Assembly: GCA_045660045.1 (NCBI GenBank)
Contig: JAZRDB010000014.1
Location: 55,571-119,570, forward strand
Direction: 5' to 3'
Source: Alphaproteobacteria bacterium
Lineage (GTDB): Bacteria; Pseudomonadota; Alphaproteobacteria; CAAHEQ01; UBA3637
DNA length: 64,000 bases
The stretch's first letter is position 1. The number at the start of each line of letters is the position of its first letter. The position numbers and the translations under genes were made by a program. The notes under the pieces are model-generated. The model was not told the origin of the DNA, did not search any database, and saw nothing but the letters and a program-made list of their open reading frames with translations. This document shows positions 1 through 8,464 of this stretch, piece by piece.

Positions 1-239
1 TTGGGCGGCGAAAAACGACAAACACGACCACCTTCTTGATCTACAGCAATCAAGACATCATCTCGACCTATTACCTCTTTTACCGAACGAATCAAGGATT
101 TGACTTGTCTTTTATCCCGAACATTACGTTTAAATAGTGTAACACCCAGCGGATTTGCCTTTTCTAACAAGCGTTTTTCACCATCTGTTAGTTCCAAACC
201 GGAAACAGAAAGCATTCCCGCCATCACGTGTTTCGTCAT
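1..239 (-). CDS. nagZ: beta-N-acetylhexosaminidase (NagZ-like), first 79 codons only; gene runs off the left edge
   Basis: Not in the ORF track because no stop lies in the window. Manual reverse translation from ATG 239-237 gives MTKHVMAGMLSVSGLELTDGEKRLLEKANPLGVTLFKRNVRDKRQVKSLIRSVKEVIGRDDVLIAVDQEGGRVCRF. This carries the GH3/NagZ hallmarks LF.RN and DQEGGRV.R. An AAGGAG SD lies 8 nt upstream. Confidence 0.6.
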   Translation of the reverse strand, partial: MTKHVMAGMLSVSGLELTDGEKRLLEKANPLGVTLFKRNVRDKRQVKSLIRSVKEVIGRDDVLIAVDQEGGRVCRFSPP

Positions 240-288
240 TTCAAATTCTCCTTTATTCGCAAGGTATCATAAAGCGAGACCTTTTTCA

Positions 289-328
289 ACAAAAAAAATC
301 TCCATTGGAACCACAGCTCCAATGGAGA
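289..328 (-). terminator. rho-independent terminator of hup
   Basis: Perfect 11-bp stem (299-309 TCTCCATTGGA / 318-328 TCCAATGGAGA) with an 8-nt loop. On the minus strand it is followed by T8 (plus-strand A8 at 291-298). It lies 20 nt past the hup stop. Confidence 0.8.
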
Positions 329-348
329 AATAAAAGGCAACTGTTAAA

Positions 349-618
349 TTACACAGCGTCCTTTAAAGCTTTACCAGCTTTGACTTTCCCAACCTTGCGA
401 GCAGCAATCTTAATTGTTTTGCCTGTAGCAGGGTTACGACCATTACGAGCAGCACGTTTTGCAACTGTAAATGTCACAAAACCTGTCAATTGGACTGTGT
501 CGCCTTTTTTCACGGCTTTTGTCACAACAGCTTGAGCAGCGGCCACGACGGCAGCAGCAGCAGCTTTGGACACTTTTGCTTCTTTAGCAACAGCTTCAAC
601 GAATTCTGTTTTATTCAT
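349..618 (-). CDS. hup: DNA-binding protein HU
   Basis: 89 aa, MNKTEFVEAVAKEA.... HU/IHF length and beta-arm signature (RNGRNPATGKTIKI). GGAG SD upstream of ATG 618. Confidence 0.9.
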   Translation of the reverse strand: MNKTEFVEAVAKEAKVSKAAAAAVVAAAQAVVTKAVKKGDTVQLTGFVTFTVAKRAARNGRNPATGKTIKIAARKVGKVKAGKALKDAV

Positions 619-869
619 TTTTATTTCTCCTTATATCTTGATTAATCAACAGCCACTTTTGTGTCTGTAATGCCATTCTATGCAGAATTAAGAAACCTTG
701 TCAACAAAAAAAATGCATTTTTGCTTAAAAAATCGCACTTTTTTTCATTTTTTTTGTAAAATACCCCCTATTTTACTGTTTTTTAACAAAAAGAAGTTCA
801 AATTTCCCTTGAAAACACTATCTTTCCGTCCATCCGATTCGTTTTTTCTTTAAATAATGCCTTTAAATA

Positions 870-898
870 TTGACATTTCCCCTTATTTTTGATATAAT
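870..898 (+). promoter_or_regulatory. sigma70-type promoter, perfect consensus TTGACA-17-TATAAT
   Basis: TTGACA at 870-875, exact 17-nt spacer, TATAAT at 893-898. It lies 21 nt upstream of ATG 919, with an AAGGA SD in between. Confidence 0.7.
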
Positions 899-918
899 TT
901 CACACACAAGGAATTCAG

Positions 919-1659
919 ATGTCGAACCATATAAAACAATATCAAGTTGCCGCTTATGAATGTGATCGCGAAAGTCGTTTATCCACAGCGACAATATTTA
1001 ATTGGTTACAAGATTCCATGGATAAATTCAGCCAAGCGCACCATGTCGGTCCTGATTTTTGTCAATCACACGGACTCACATATATGCTCAAGGCCTATGA
1101 TGTCAAGTTAAATCAACTCCCAAAGCGCAACGATTTGGTTCAAATGGACACACAATTGTGCGCTTTTGGACCTAGCAGCCTGTTTGTGTCCCAAAATCTG
1201 TATGATCAAGATCATAAAAAGATTCTGTTATCTGCTGTCAGCCACGTTGTCTTAATTGATTTAATAAAAAAACGCCCTGCTCGCGTCAAAGATTATATAC
1301 CATTGTACCTATTTGATCATCTTGGACAAGCACCAACTTTTACACCGCTATTGCCTCTAGATCATGTATGTTCATCCCGAACGCAAGAAATTACCCCAGA
1401 TTATATTGACTTCAATCAACACGTCAATAATACTCATTATATAACCTTTGCCGAGCGTACCATGGATCCTATTTTCTTAAAAAAAGCACGTTTAGAACGC
1501 ATTCGCGTTGCCTATAAACGGTCCGCCCAAATGGGGGACACATTGCAGGTTGACACAAAAATTGCCCCAGGATTTACCGATCATCAAATCTCATCCAGCA
1601 TAGATCCAAAAACTGTTTTTGCAAGGGTCCGTTTTTCATGGGCACCAAGGAACAGATAA
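919..1659 (+). CDS. acyl-ACP thioesterase family protein
   Basis: 246 aa. The N-terminal hot-dog half has Y.V..YE.D.......IFNWLQD. The C-terminal half has the D.N.HVNN..Y motif typical of the FatA/B-like Acyl-ACP_TE family. Confidence 0.65.
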   Translation: MSNHIKQYQVAAYECDRESRLSTATIFNWLQDSMDKFSQAHHVGPDFCQSHGLTYMLKAYDVKLNQLPKRNDLVQMDTQLCAFGPSSLFVSQNLYDQDHKKILLSAVSHVVLIDLIKKRPARVKDYIPLYLFDHLGQAPTFTPLLPLDHVCSSRTQEITPDYIDFNQHVNNTHYITFAERTMDPIFLKKARLERIRVAYKRSAQMGDTLQVDTKIAPGFTDHQISSSIDPKTVFARVRFSWAPRNR

Positions 1660-2400
1660 TTATTGATAAATATACCGCTTAATACTGTTGTAACCAGAAT
1701 CATGTGTTGCATTTGGCACAATAGATACCGTATTGCGGGGTGCCGCTTGTTCTACTAAATAAGGTGGCACGACGTGATCATCTCCCCCCGCAAAATGGAT
1801 CTGTGGCACATTGGGGATGGAACGCATTTCTAATGAATCAACCAACGGACGTACTTTATGATGCGCTGTCCAGGCGCTGTGATTTAAAACGCCAGCAATT
1901 GTAATCCATTTACGAATCCTTAGATTTGCATTACGACCAATCATCAATCCAGAAATCATTGCTCCACCGGAATACCCTACCAAAATCACTGGCTTACTGC
2001 CTGCAATTTGATTAACGGCGGACGACATAGAGTCGACAACAGCTTTAGAAAAACGTCCCGTTGTCCAGGCAAAATTGGAATAAGAACATTGCTCATCCTC
2101 CACAAACTGACAAGGACGCGCCAAATAAACGACATTTGGATTTGGATCGTTAAAAGCTAAATCACGCATAAAACGCCCTTTTGGAGTCGGATTTGATGTT
2201 GGTTGACCATTGTGATTAAAAGAATATCCATCGCCTTCAATATAAATTCGAATCGGAGCACCAGGATTCGTCATTTTTTGCCATGAAGCCAACAAATACG
2301 GCTTTGTTTCAATTTCCTGATACTCAAACTCTGACGGCGCTTCCATCTTGGTCGCGCAAGCTGTTACAGCAAACAAAAATAAAGTAATCAATTTCTTCAT
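1660..2400 (-). CDS. alpha/beta-hydrolase, probable lipoprotein
   Basis: Start moved from 2475 to ATG 2400 (MKKLITLFLFAVTAC, a signal peptide with a lipobox-like Cys). G-Y-S-G-G nucleophile elbow (VGYSGGAMISG). Its stop codon directly abuts the stop of the convergent gene at 1659/1660. Confidence 0.6.
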   Translation of the reverse strand: MKKLITLFLFAVTACATKMEAPSEFEYQEIETKPYLLASWQKMTNPGAPIRIYIEGDGYSFNHNGQPTSNPTPKGRFMRDLAFNDPNPNVVYLARPCQFVEDEQCSYSNFAWTTGRFSKAVVDSMSSAVNQIAGSKPVILVGYSGGAMISGLMIGRNANLRIRKWITIAGVLNHSAWTAHHKVRPLVDSLEMRSIPNVPQIHFAGGDDHVVPPYLVEQAAPRNTVSIVPNATHDSGYNSIKRYIYQ

Positions 2401-2481
2401 ACGCCCAGAATAACAAATCTTTTTGATGTTTGCAACAAAAAAGCCCCACCTTTTGGATAGGGCTTTATTTGCCACAAGAAA

Positions 2482-3441
2482 TTAGAAGTTATACTTCACT
2501 TTCAGCATACCTGTATGGCTTTGGAAATCTTTACGGAATCCACCATGATAATCGGCAGACAAATCCCAAGCGCCAACACTCATGGTCAACCCTGCCCCAG
2601 CCTCCACGCCAAAGCGGTGCAAACGTTTACCATTCACTTGATAATCACCACCACCGATCACATATACATTAGCTTCGGATCCATCACTGATGAAATCATA
2701 GGTAATCGCCAAATTGGCATGTGGCGTAAAGGTGGCTTTGTCCGCATTAAATGCCTTTAGATAACGCACACCAGCCACACCGGTCAACAAATCGTTCTTG
2801 TCAGATTTGATGCGTTGTGCACCATCTGTGTAAGATTCTTGATCAAGCAACAAGTAACGGAGTCCCGCTTCTGGCGCAAAACCCGTAGCAAATTCATAAC
2901 CACTTATCAATTGAGCCGCATACGAATTCACATGATATTTTGCCTTCATCTTGATACCCATTGGCTCTTTTTCTTCTTCATACTTGCTATAGCCATAGCT
3001 CATCAACCAATTGGCATACCAGTTGCTTGGTTGATATTGGCCATACTAAATCACATTGTGTCCATCCACATCTATGTCGCGATGACCTGTATCAGCAGAT
3101 GTATCTGTGTAGGCATAACCAAAACCAACAGTCATGGCATCACTTAACTTACCATCCACACCCATCACAATACCGCGTGTATTGGCCGTAAAGCCCTCGC
3201 TAGAGGATGTTTCATCTTGTTTAGAGTGGTTATAAAAACCTTGCACCCATACACCACCGCCTTGGAATGTATCACCACCTGCAACGCCCATCGGCGCCAT
3301 ACGAGCGGTCGACAAACCAGCCAACGCTGGCATAGCAAAAACAACACCCATCAACAAAGCCATATTCAACAATGCGCACTTTTTCAAAACCTTTCCATAT
3401 CTATGGAATAATTCCATCAAAGTTGTTTTTGAATATTTCAT
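2482..3441 (-). pseudogene. passenger-less autotransporter-type beta-barrel OMP interrupted by one in-frame TAG
   Basis: ORFs 3046..3441 and 2482..3006 are in the same frame. They are separated only by TAG (3046-3048) plus 13 sense codons (...DVDGHNVI*YGQYQPSNWYANWLMSYGY...). The joined product has a signal peptide (VFAMPALA), then GVWVQGFY... beta-strand periodicity, and ends ...GMLKVKYNF with the terminal Phe typical of OMPs. Confidence 0.7.
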
Positions 3442-3628
3442 ATTACAATCCTTTCGCTAAATCGTTACCAATCAAGAAAAGCTATACAAGCTCTCAGCAA
3501 CAAACATTATAACTTGTTTTCCGAAGTAAGGAAAAGGAATAGCTCCCTTTTCTGAGCACCATTTTAGTACTTCCTTTTTCCCATGTCAAACATTTTAATA
3601 ATATTTTACGCATAAAATAAGACAAAAC

Positions 3629-3657
3629 TGGACAATTTCTTGTTTTTATGATATAAT
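3629..3657 (+). promoter_or_regulatory. sigma70-type promoter TGGACA-17-TATAAT
   Basis: TGGACA at 3629-3634, 17-nt spacer, TATAAT at 3652-3657. The predicted +1 (~3664) lies downstream of the TTG at 3662, which favours ATG 3689 as the start. Confidence 0.6.
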
Positions 3658-3688
3658 ATCATTGTTATTTTACCCAAGGAAAACAAAC

Positions 3689-4096
3689 ATGGGAAAAACC
3701 GTATTTGAGCAGATAAAAAAGCAAAATGGTGAACACTTTGCAAAGACAATTCGGACCTTTGACAATGGCATTTTTGATATACCTAGAATTGTTGATGTAG
3801 TGAAATACGCCGGCCGTGAAGCTGAGCCTATTTTAAATTACCTCGTTTCTCTAAAGAAAATTCATATTGATACAACTTCTGAGTATAAGGACCCCATCCA
3901 ATTATTAGATGAAGCAGGTTATAATGCCTACTATGTTCATAATTTAAATGAGCAAAATGCAATTATGCCTTATTTTGCCCCAGGTGAACAATTATGTACT
4001 TTTTACGATCAAACACGCTTTCAAAAATTCCATATTATTAATGCTGTTAAAAAAAATGTACATGCAATCCTAGATAAACAATTCCAAAATTCATAA
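3689..4096 (+). CDS. hypothetical protein (possibly the 5' part of a gene broken by a nonsense codon)
   Basis: ATG 3689 (MGKTVFEQIKKQNGEHF...) follows an AAGGA SD. No family recognised. 57 further sense codons follow the TAA in frame, up to a second stop at 4268-4270. Confidence 0.5.
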   Translation: MGKTVFEQIKKQNGEHFAKTIRTFDNGIFDIPRIVDVVKYAGREAEPILNYLVSLKKIHIDTTSEYKDPIQLLDEAGYNAYYVHNLNEQNAIMPYFAPGEQLCTFYDQTRFQKFHIINAVKKNVHAILDKQFQNS

Positions 4097-4275
4097 CACA
4101 TATCCATCTTAACTCTTTCTGTACAAGATAATGAATACCAATTTGTGAATGATAAATTTCTTTCAAACAGTAATATCGCTGCGATATTCATTGACATCAA
4201 CGCCCATCAGAAAAACTCGCTGGACAAGAAGTTTTTATTGACCGTGAAGATCTTGCATGGAACAGAATAAAAAAC

Positions 4276-4304
4276 TTGCGCTCAACAAAAAAATCTTCTA
4301 CAAT
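4276..4304 (+). promoter_or_regulatory. sigma70-type promoter TTGCGC-17-TACAAT
   Basis: TTGCGC at 4276-4281, 17-nt spacer, TACAAT at 4299-4304. Upstream of the deaminase gene. Confidence 0.55.
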
Positions 4305-4341
4305 TTAATCATTAAAGGCCAAATATCAGAAAGGTTTTTTT

Positions 4342-4896
4342 ATGAATACAATAAATGATTGCGTCAATGCTAACGAAAAAATAAATATGCAAAAGTTAAA
4401 AATTGCTCACAAAATTATCACAGAATTGCAACAAGAATTAAAAACGTATATTGCCAAAGGGGCTGGACCTTTTCTCGCGGCCATTTACGACGAAAACTAC
4501 AATTTAATTTCAAAGGAAGCAAACAGTGTTGTTTTAAATTCTTGCAGTCATAATCATGCTGAAATGAATGCAATCTCGGTGGCGGAAAGCAAATTGGGAA
4601 CTTACGATTTATCAAAATATAATTTGAAATTATATGTAACGGCTGAACCATGCATTATGTGTTTGGGCGGTATTTTATGGTCTGGCATTAAAGAAATTTA
4701 TTTTGGTGTTCCATCTAATCGTGTGGAAAAAATTACCGGCTTTGATGAAGGCTTTAAACCAGATTGGTTTAATGAATTCAAAAAGCGCGGCATTATCGTT
4801 TATGGAAATATTGCATCCGCTGAAGGTGAAAAAGTTTTAAAACAGTACATCAAACATGGCAATCCCATTTACAAGCCCTACAAAGTCAAGAGTTGA
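4342..4896 (+). CDS. nucleoside/nucleotide deaminase (CMP/dCMP-deaminase zinc-binding family)
   Basis: 184 aa. Zinc-site motifs H-A-E (SHNHAEMNAI) and P-C-x-x-C (AEPCIMCLGGI) at the canonical spacing. Confidence 0.8.
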   Translation: MNTINDCVNANEKINMQKLKIAHKIITELQQELKTYIAKGAGPFLAAIYDENYNLISKEANSVVLNSCSHNHAEMNAISVAESKLGTYDLSKYNLKLYVTAEPCIMCLGGILWSGIKEIYFGVPSNRVEKITGFDEGFKPDWFNEFKKRGIIVYGNIASAEGEKVLKQYIKHGNPIYKPYKVKS

Positions 4897-4912
4897 AGCA
4901 ACTTTCAAACCT

Positions 4913-4988
4913 TGGCTGGGGTGGCTGGATTCGAACCAACGAAATGGCGGAATCAGAATCCGCTGCCTTACCACTTGGCGACACCCCA
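4913..4988 (-). tRNA. tRNA-Gln (anticodon CUG), CCA encoded
   Basis: Minus-strand sequence is TGGGGTGTCGCCAAGTGGTAAGGCAGCGGATTCTGATTCCGCCATTTCGTTGGTTCGAATCCAGCCACCCCAGCCA. It has a 7-bp acceptor stem, anticodon loop TTCTGAT and a GTTCGAATC T-loop. It closely resembles E. coli tRNA-Gln. Confidence 0.9.
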
Positions 4989-5019
4989 AAAAGCAAGGAC
5001 GGAACAATTTGCTCCGTCC
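4989..5019 (-). terminator. rho-independent terminator of rpmE
   Basis: 7-bp GC-rich stem (GGACGGA 4997-5003 / TCCGTCC 5013-5019) with a 9-nt loop. The minus-strand tail is TTGCTTTTT, which ends directly at the tRNA-Gln 5' end. Confidence 0.7.
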
Positions 5020-5039
5020 CAACTCCAATAATCTCTAAC

Positions 5040-5267
5040 CTACGAAGCCTTCTTGGTAAAACCAGCAAACTTCTTGTTAAACTTGGACAATTGACCACCA
5101 GTATCAATCAAACGATACACACCCGTCCATGCTGGATGAGAGGCAGGATCGATATCCAAACGAATTGTATCGCCTTCTTTGCCCATTGTAGAGCGTGTTT
5201 CAAATGTTGTCCCATCTGTCATCACAACTGTGATTTTGTGGTAATCGGGATGAATATTGTTTTTCAT
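5040..5267 (-). CDS. rpmE: 50S ribosomal protein L31
   Basis: 75 aa. [27 protein letters not shown]...[13 protein letters not shown] is the L31 signature. AGGAG SD. Confidence 0.9.
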   Translation of the reverse strand: MKNNIHPDYHKITVVMTDGTTFETRSTMGKEGDTIRLDIDPASHPAWTGVYRLIDTGGQLSKFNKKFAGFTKKAS

Positions 5268-5337
5268 TTTCTTCTCCTAAATCAAATAAACTGTGTAATA
5301 GTTATACACTATTTTACATCAAAAAGCAAGAACTTTT

Positions 5338-6237
5338 TTATTTCATTAAACTTTTTTCCATCTTGGGCAACAAAACCCCGTGCAAATACGGATTTGCAGC
5401 CAACATCGTATGCGTTTTAATCATGGATGCCAAATCGGTATGGCCTCCAAAATCCGTTACCTTACCACCAGCTTCCTGGATTAACAAATATCCAGCAGCG
5501 ACATCCCACTTGTGAAATTTAAACTCAATTTGGGCATCAATTTGACCTGATGCCACCATGGCCATAGACAAAGCTGCGCTACCAAAATACCGAGCGGAAG
5601 AAAATTCTTCTGCCACATTTTTCAAACCTTTTCTTGTGCGTTCTGCAGAATAACCATTGGTGGCCAACAAACAGCTTCCCAATTTACGCCGCCCCGACAC
5701 ACGTAGGCGCACATTTCCAGCCGGAGTCATTAAGAATGCACCTTTCCCTTTTTCAGCATAATAGAGCTCGTTTGTTACAGGGTTAAAAATAACCCCAATA
5801 ACGACATTTTCTCCCTTCATCAGTGCCAAAGAAATGCAAAACAATGGAATCGCATGAATAAAGTTATTTGTCCCATCAATCGGATCCATGATAAAACAAT
5901 AATCACAACCAGGTGCAGCAGAACGATCACCACATTCTTCGGATAAAAAACCATACTCTGGACGTGCTTCATGCAGCATTTCCATCAATTTCTTTTCAGA
6001 ATACAAATCTGCATTGGACACAAAATCTCCCGGTCCTTTTTCACTGATTTGCAGATTAGAGACTTCACGAAAATCATGAACAATATTTTGACCCACACGA
6101 CGTACCACATTTACCATCACATTCAATGTTGGCGACAAAGCGGCAATCATTTTTTCTTCTCGTGTTTCTGGCCTTTTGGAACGCAAGGTCTTGGTTCTTG
6201 GTGTAATCTTTTGTTTTGCAATCACTGGCATAGCCAT
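5338..6237 (-). CDS. suhB: inositol monophosphatase family protein (SuhB-like)
   Basis: Motifs ...FLSEE..., MDPIDGTNNF and WDVAAG. The true start may be the internal Met at 6150 (MIAALSPTLNVM...), because the first 29 codons are a basic extension with no family signal. Confidence 0.75.
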   Translation of the reverse strand: MAMPVIAKQKITPRTKTLRSKRPETREEKMIAALSPTLNVMVNVVRRVGQNIVHDFREVSNLQISEKGPGDFVSNADLYSEKKLMEMLHEARPEYGFLSEECGDRSAAPGCDYCFIMDPIDGTNNFIHAIPLFCISLALMKGENVVIGVIFNPVTNELYYAEKGKGAFLMTPAGNVRLRVSGRRKLGSCLLATNGYSAERTRKGLKNVAEEFSSARYFGSAALSMAMVASGQIDAQIEFKFHKWDVAAGYLLIQEAGGKVTDFGGHTDLASMIKTHTMLAANPYLHGVLLPKMEKSLMK

Positions 6238-6442
6238 CTTCCTCTCATTTGGGTCTTATTCACTAAATTACAGCACTCCCCCTTGTGCTTTCTGAAGACG
6301 ATTATATCAGATTTCAACACCAATTGCAAGGGGCATTTTCTCTTTTACTTGCATAAAAACAGTTAAAATATGGTTAAATTTGATCAGCATTTGGGATGAT
6401 TACTGTTGAATTCTCAACCTTTTTTTAGGGAGACAAATAAGT

Positions 6443-6847
6443 ATGAACTTTAAAAAAAGTATATGAACTTGTCGATTCATTTTCAATCAGTTTTGTATGT
6501 GCATAAATGACACGATTCTTTTGGACACATCTAATTTGGTTGTAACACTTGGCGATCAGGGTATGTTGCTTTCAAACCAAGATGGCATTATTTATCGGCC
6601 AACAATCAAAAAATCTGTATCAGACATATCGGGTGCTGGCGACACCACTCTCGCTGTACTAGGCGCCACCCTTGGATCATGCGCCTCATTGGAAAACGCC
6701 ATGGATTTAGCCAACATTGGTGCTGGAGTTGTTATTGAAAAAGAAGGAACCGCCACCCTATCTTCACACGAATTAAAAACATCTATCAGAAATATGTTTA
6801 ACAACGAACCTACAATGTTTTGGGTTAAAACATCTGAATCCAGATAA
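6443..6847 (+). pseudogene. remnant of a PfkB-family heptose-7-phosphate kinase (HldE/RfaE domain I)
   Basis: ORF 6497..6847 encodes only the C-terminal ~110 aa of a ribokinase-fold sugar kinase (VVTLGDQGMLL...DISGAGDTTLAVLGATL...ANIGAGVVIEKEGTATLSSHEL). An SD plus ATG at 6443 opens MNFKKSI, then an in-frame TGA (6464-6466). The ~200 N-terminal residues of the fold are missing. Confidence 0.6.
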
Positions 6848-6849
6848 CA

Positions 6850-7908
6850 TCAACACTTTTTATTGTGTTCTGTTTTCAATTGACCGCAAGCGGCCATAAT
6901 ATCTTCCCCTCGGGTGCGACGAATTGGAGCCGCAAACCATTTATCTTCCAAAAACTTGGCAAAGCGATGAATTTGATTGTTGCTACTGGGTTCGAAAGGA
7001 CATCCAGCCCAAGGATGAAAAGGAATCAAGTTAAATTTTACCTCTAACCCTTTTACCAACTCTGTCAATTCCTTGGCATGTTCCAAGCTGTCATTCACAT
7101 CTTTCAACAACACATAGGCCATTGTGATAAAGTGGCGACGCTCACAACGTTTTTGATATTCCTTACAGGCAGCCATCAATTCTTCCAACGGGAATTTACG
7201 GTTAATCGGCATCAGCTTGTTGCGCAATTCATTATTCGGTGCATGCAAACTAATTGCTAATTTAACACCAAGATCCGCTAATTCTGGAATCTTATCAGCG
7301 CGGCCAGCGGTCGAAACAGTAATCTTGCGTTTAGAAATCGCCATTCCATCACCATCATTCAAAATAGCAATGGCTGTTTTTACATTATCAAAGTTGTAGA
7401 GGGGTTCCCCCATACCCATAAAAACAACGTTGGAAAGCAACCTATTTTCATCCGTCTTTGTGGGCCACTCATGAAGGGCATCTCGAGCCGCCATCACTTG
7501 CCCCACTATCTCAGCAGCAGTTAAATTGCGCATTAATTTTTGGGTACCCGTATTACAAAATTTACATCCTTGCGCACACCCCACTTGTGTGGAAACACAC
7601 ACCGCACCGCAATCTTCCTCGGGGATAAAAACGGATTCAATCTCTGCCCCATCTTTAAAGCGCATCAACCATTTGCGTGTCCCATCTGTGGAAATTTGTT
7701 CCAAGATTATTTCGGGATGTGTAACGGTATAGTTTTGCTTTAACTCCTCACGAAAATCCTTTGATAAACTTGACATTTTATCAAAATCAGTTTCGCCTTT
7801 ATTATAGATCCATTGCCATAGCTGCTTTGCGCGGAAAGATTTTTGCCCAATGCTTTCCAGTTCTTTTTTTAAGTCTTCAAGTGATAATCCAACAAGCTCT
7901 TTTTTCAT
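6850..7908 (-). CDS. rlmN: 23S rRNA/tRNA m2A methyltransferase RlmN (radical SAM)
   Basis: 352 aa. N-terminus ...FRAKQLWQWIY, radical-SAM cluster CxxxCxFC (GCAQGCKFCNTG), C-terminal ...GEDIMAACGQL. Confidence 0.9.
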   Translation of the reverse strand: MKKELVGLSLEDLKKELESIGQKSFRAKQLWQWIYNKGETDFDKMSSLSKDFREELKQNYTVTHPEIILEQISTDGTRKWLMRFKDGAEIESVFIPEEDCGAVCVSTQVGCAQGCKFCNTGTQKLMRNLTAAEIVGQVMAARDALHEWPTKTDENRLLSNVVFMGMGEPLYNFDNVKTAIAILNDGDGMAISKRKITVSTAGRADKIPELADLGVKLAISLHAPNNELRNKLMPINRKFPLEELMAACKEYQKRCERRHFITMAYVLLKDVNDSLEHAKELTELVKGLEVKFNLIPFHPWAGCPFEPSSNNQIHRFAKFLEDKWFAAPIRRTRGEDIMAACGQLKTEHNKKC

Positions 7909-8408
7909 TCGCGACCACAGGCTTTATTGATCGCCTCATAAGCTTTCGAAAAGCCCTTTAAAGAAAAGGTATCTGTTGTTTTTGTGCCGCGAGCGGAAGT
8001 ACCGATCAAGGTTGCATTACTGCCTTTTTTCATCTCATTCACCAATTTTTCATCCGTTGCTGCATCTGGGGCCCAGGCCGTATCTTCATGACGTTTCAGA
8101 CCAATCGATTTATTTTTATCAATTGTAATTTCTGGTTTACTTGTGGACTTATATGTATAACCCGCCACCACATTGACCACGTTAAAAGTTTTGTTATTTG
8201 GACGATGTGTCACTATCAAGAACACATCATCACGGCGTGCGTATTTCCCTTGAGATTTTGTCGGCTGTGATGCCATATAGCACACATGATCCGTACCATC
8301 GTCATAGCTGTAAGCAGACCAATTATCAAAGCTGCCTAACACTTCAATATTTGAGGCAGACGTCACACAAGACATCATCATCCCTGCCAATAATGCATAT
8401 TTTTTCAT
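7905..8408 (-). CDS. periplasmic protein, IalB-like (invasion-associated locus B family)
   Basis: 167 aa with a signal peptide. W...Y....VCYM near the N-terminus and ...FSLKGFSKAYEAINKACG at the C-terminus resemble IalB-family proteins. ATGA overlap with rlmN. Confidence 0.5.
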   Translation of the reverse strand: MKKYALLAGMMMSCVTSASNIEVLGSFDNWSAYSYDDGTDHVCYMASQPTKSQGKYARRDDVFLIVTHRPNNKTFNVVNVVAGYTYKSTSKPEITIDKNKSIGLKRHEDTAWAPDAATDEKLVNEMKKGSNATLIGTSARGTKTTDTFSLKGFSKAYEAINKACGRE

Positions 8409-8464
8409 TTTGAATCCTCCTTAAAAACTCTCTGATATCACTGTAACAAAAGAGGCAACAAAAA

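Noticed and set aside
1657-1662. The stop codons of the convergent thioesterase and hydrolase genes abut with zero intergenic bases.
   Set aside because: This is real but probably just genome compaction. No hairpin or regulatory element can be placed there.
3442-4988. I considered whether the segment next to tRNA-Gln (a broken orphan gene plus a deaminase) is a tRNA-targeted genomic island.
   Set aside because: I saw no integrase, no direct repeat of the tRNA 3' end and no mobility genes. The promoters look like the native type used elsewhere in the window.
4893-5420. A 175-aa plus-strand ORF spanning the tRNA-Gln, rpmE and the 3' end of suhB.
   Set aside because: It overlaps a tRNA, a terminator and two well supported minus-strand genes. 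It is not credible as coding.
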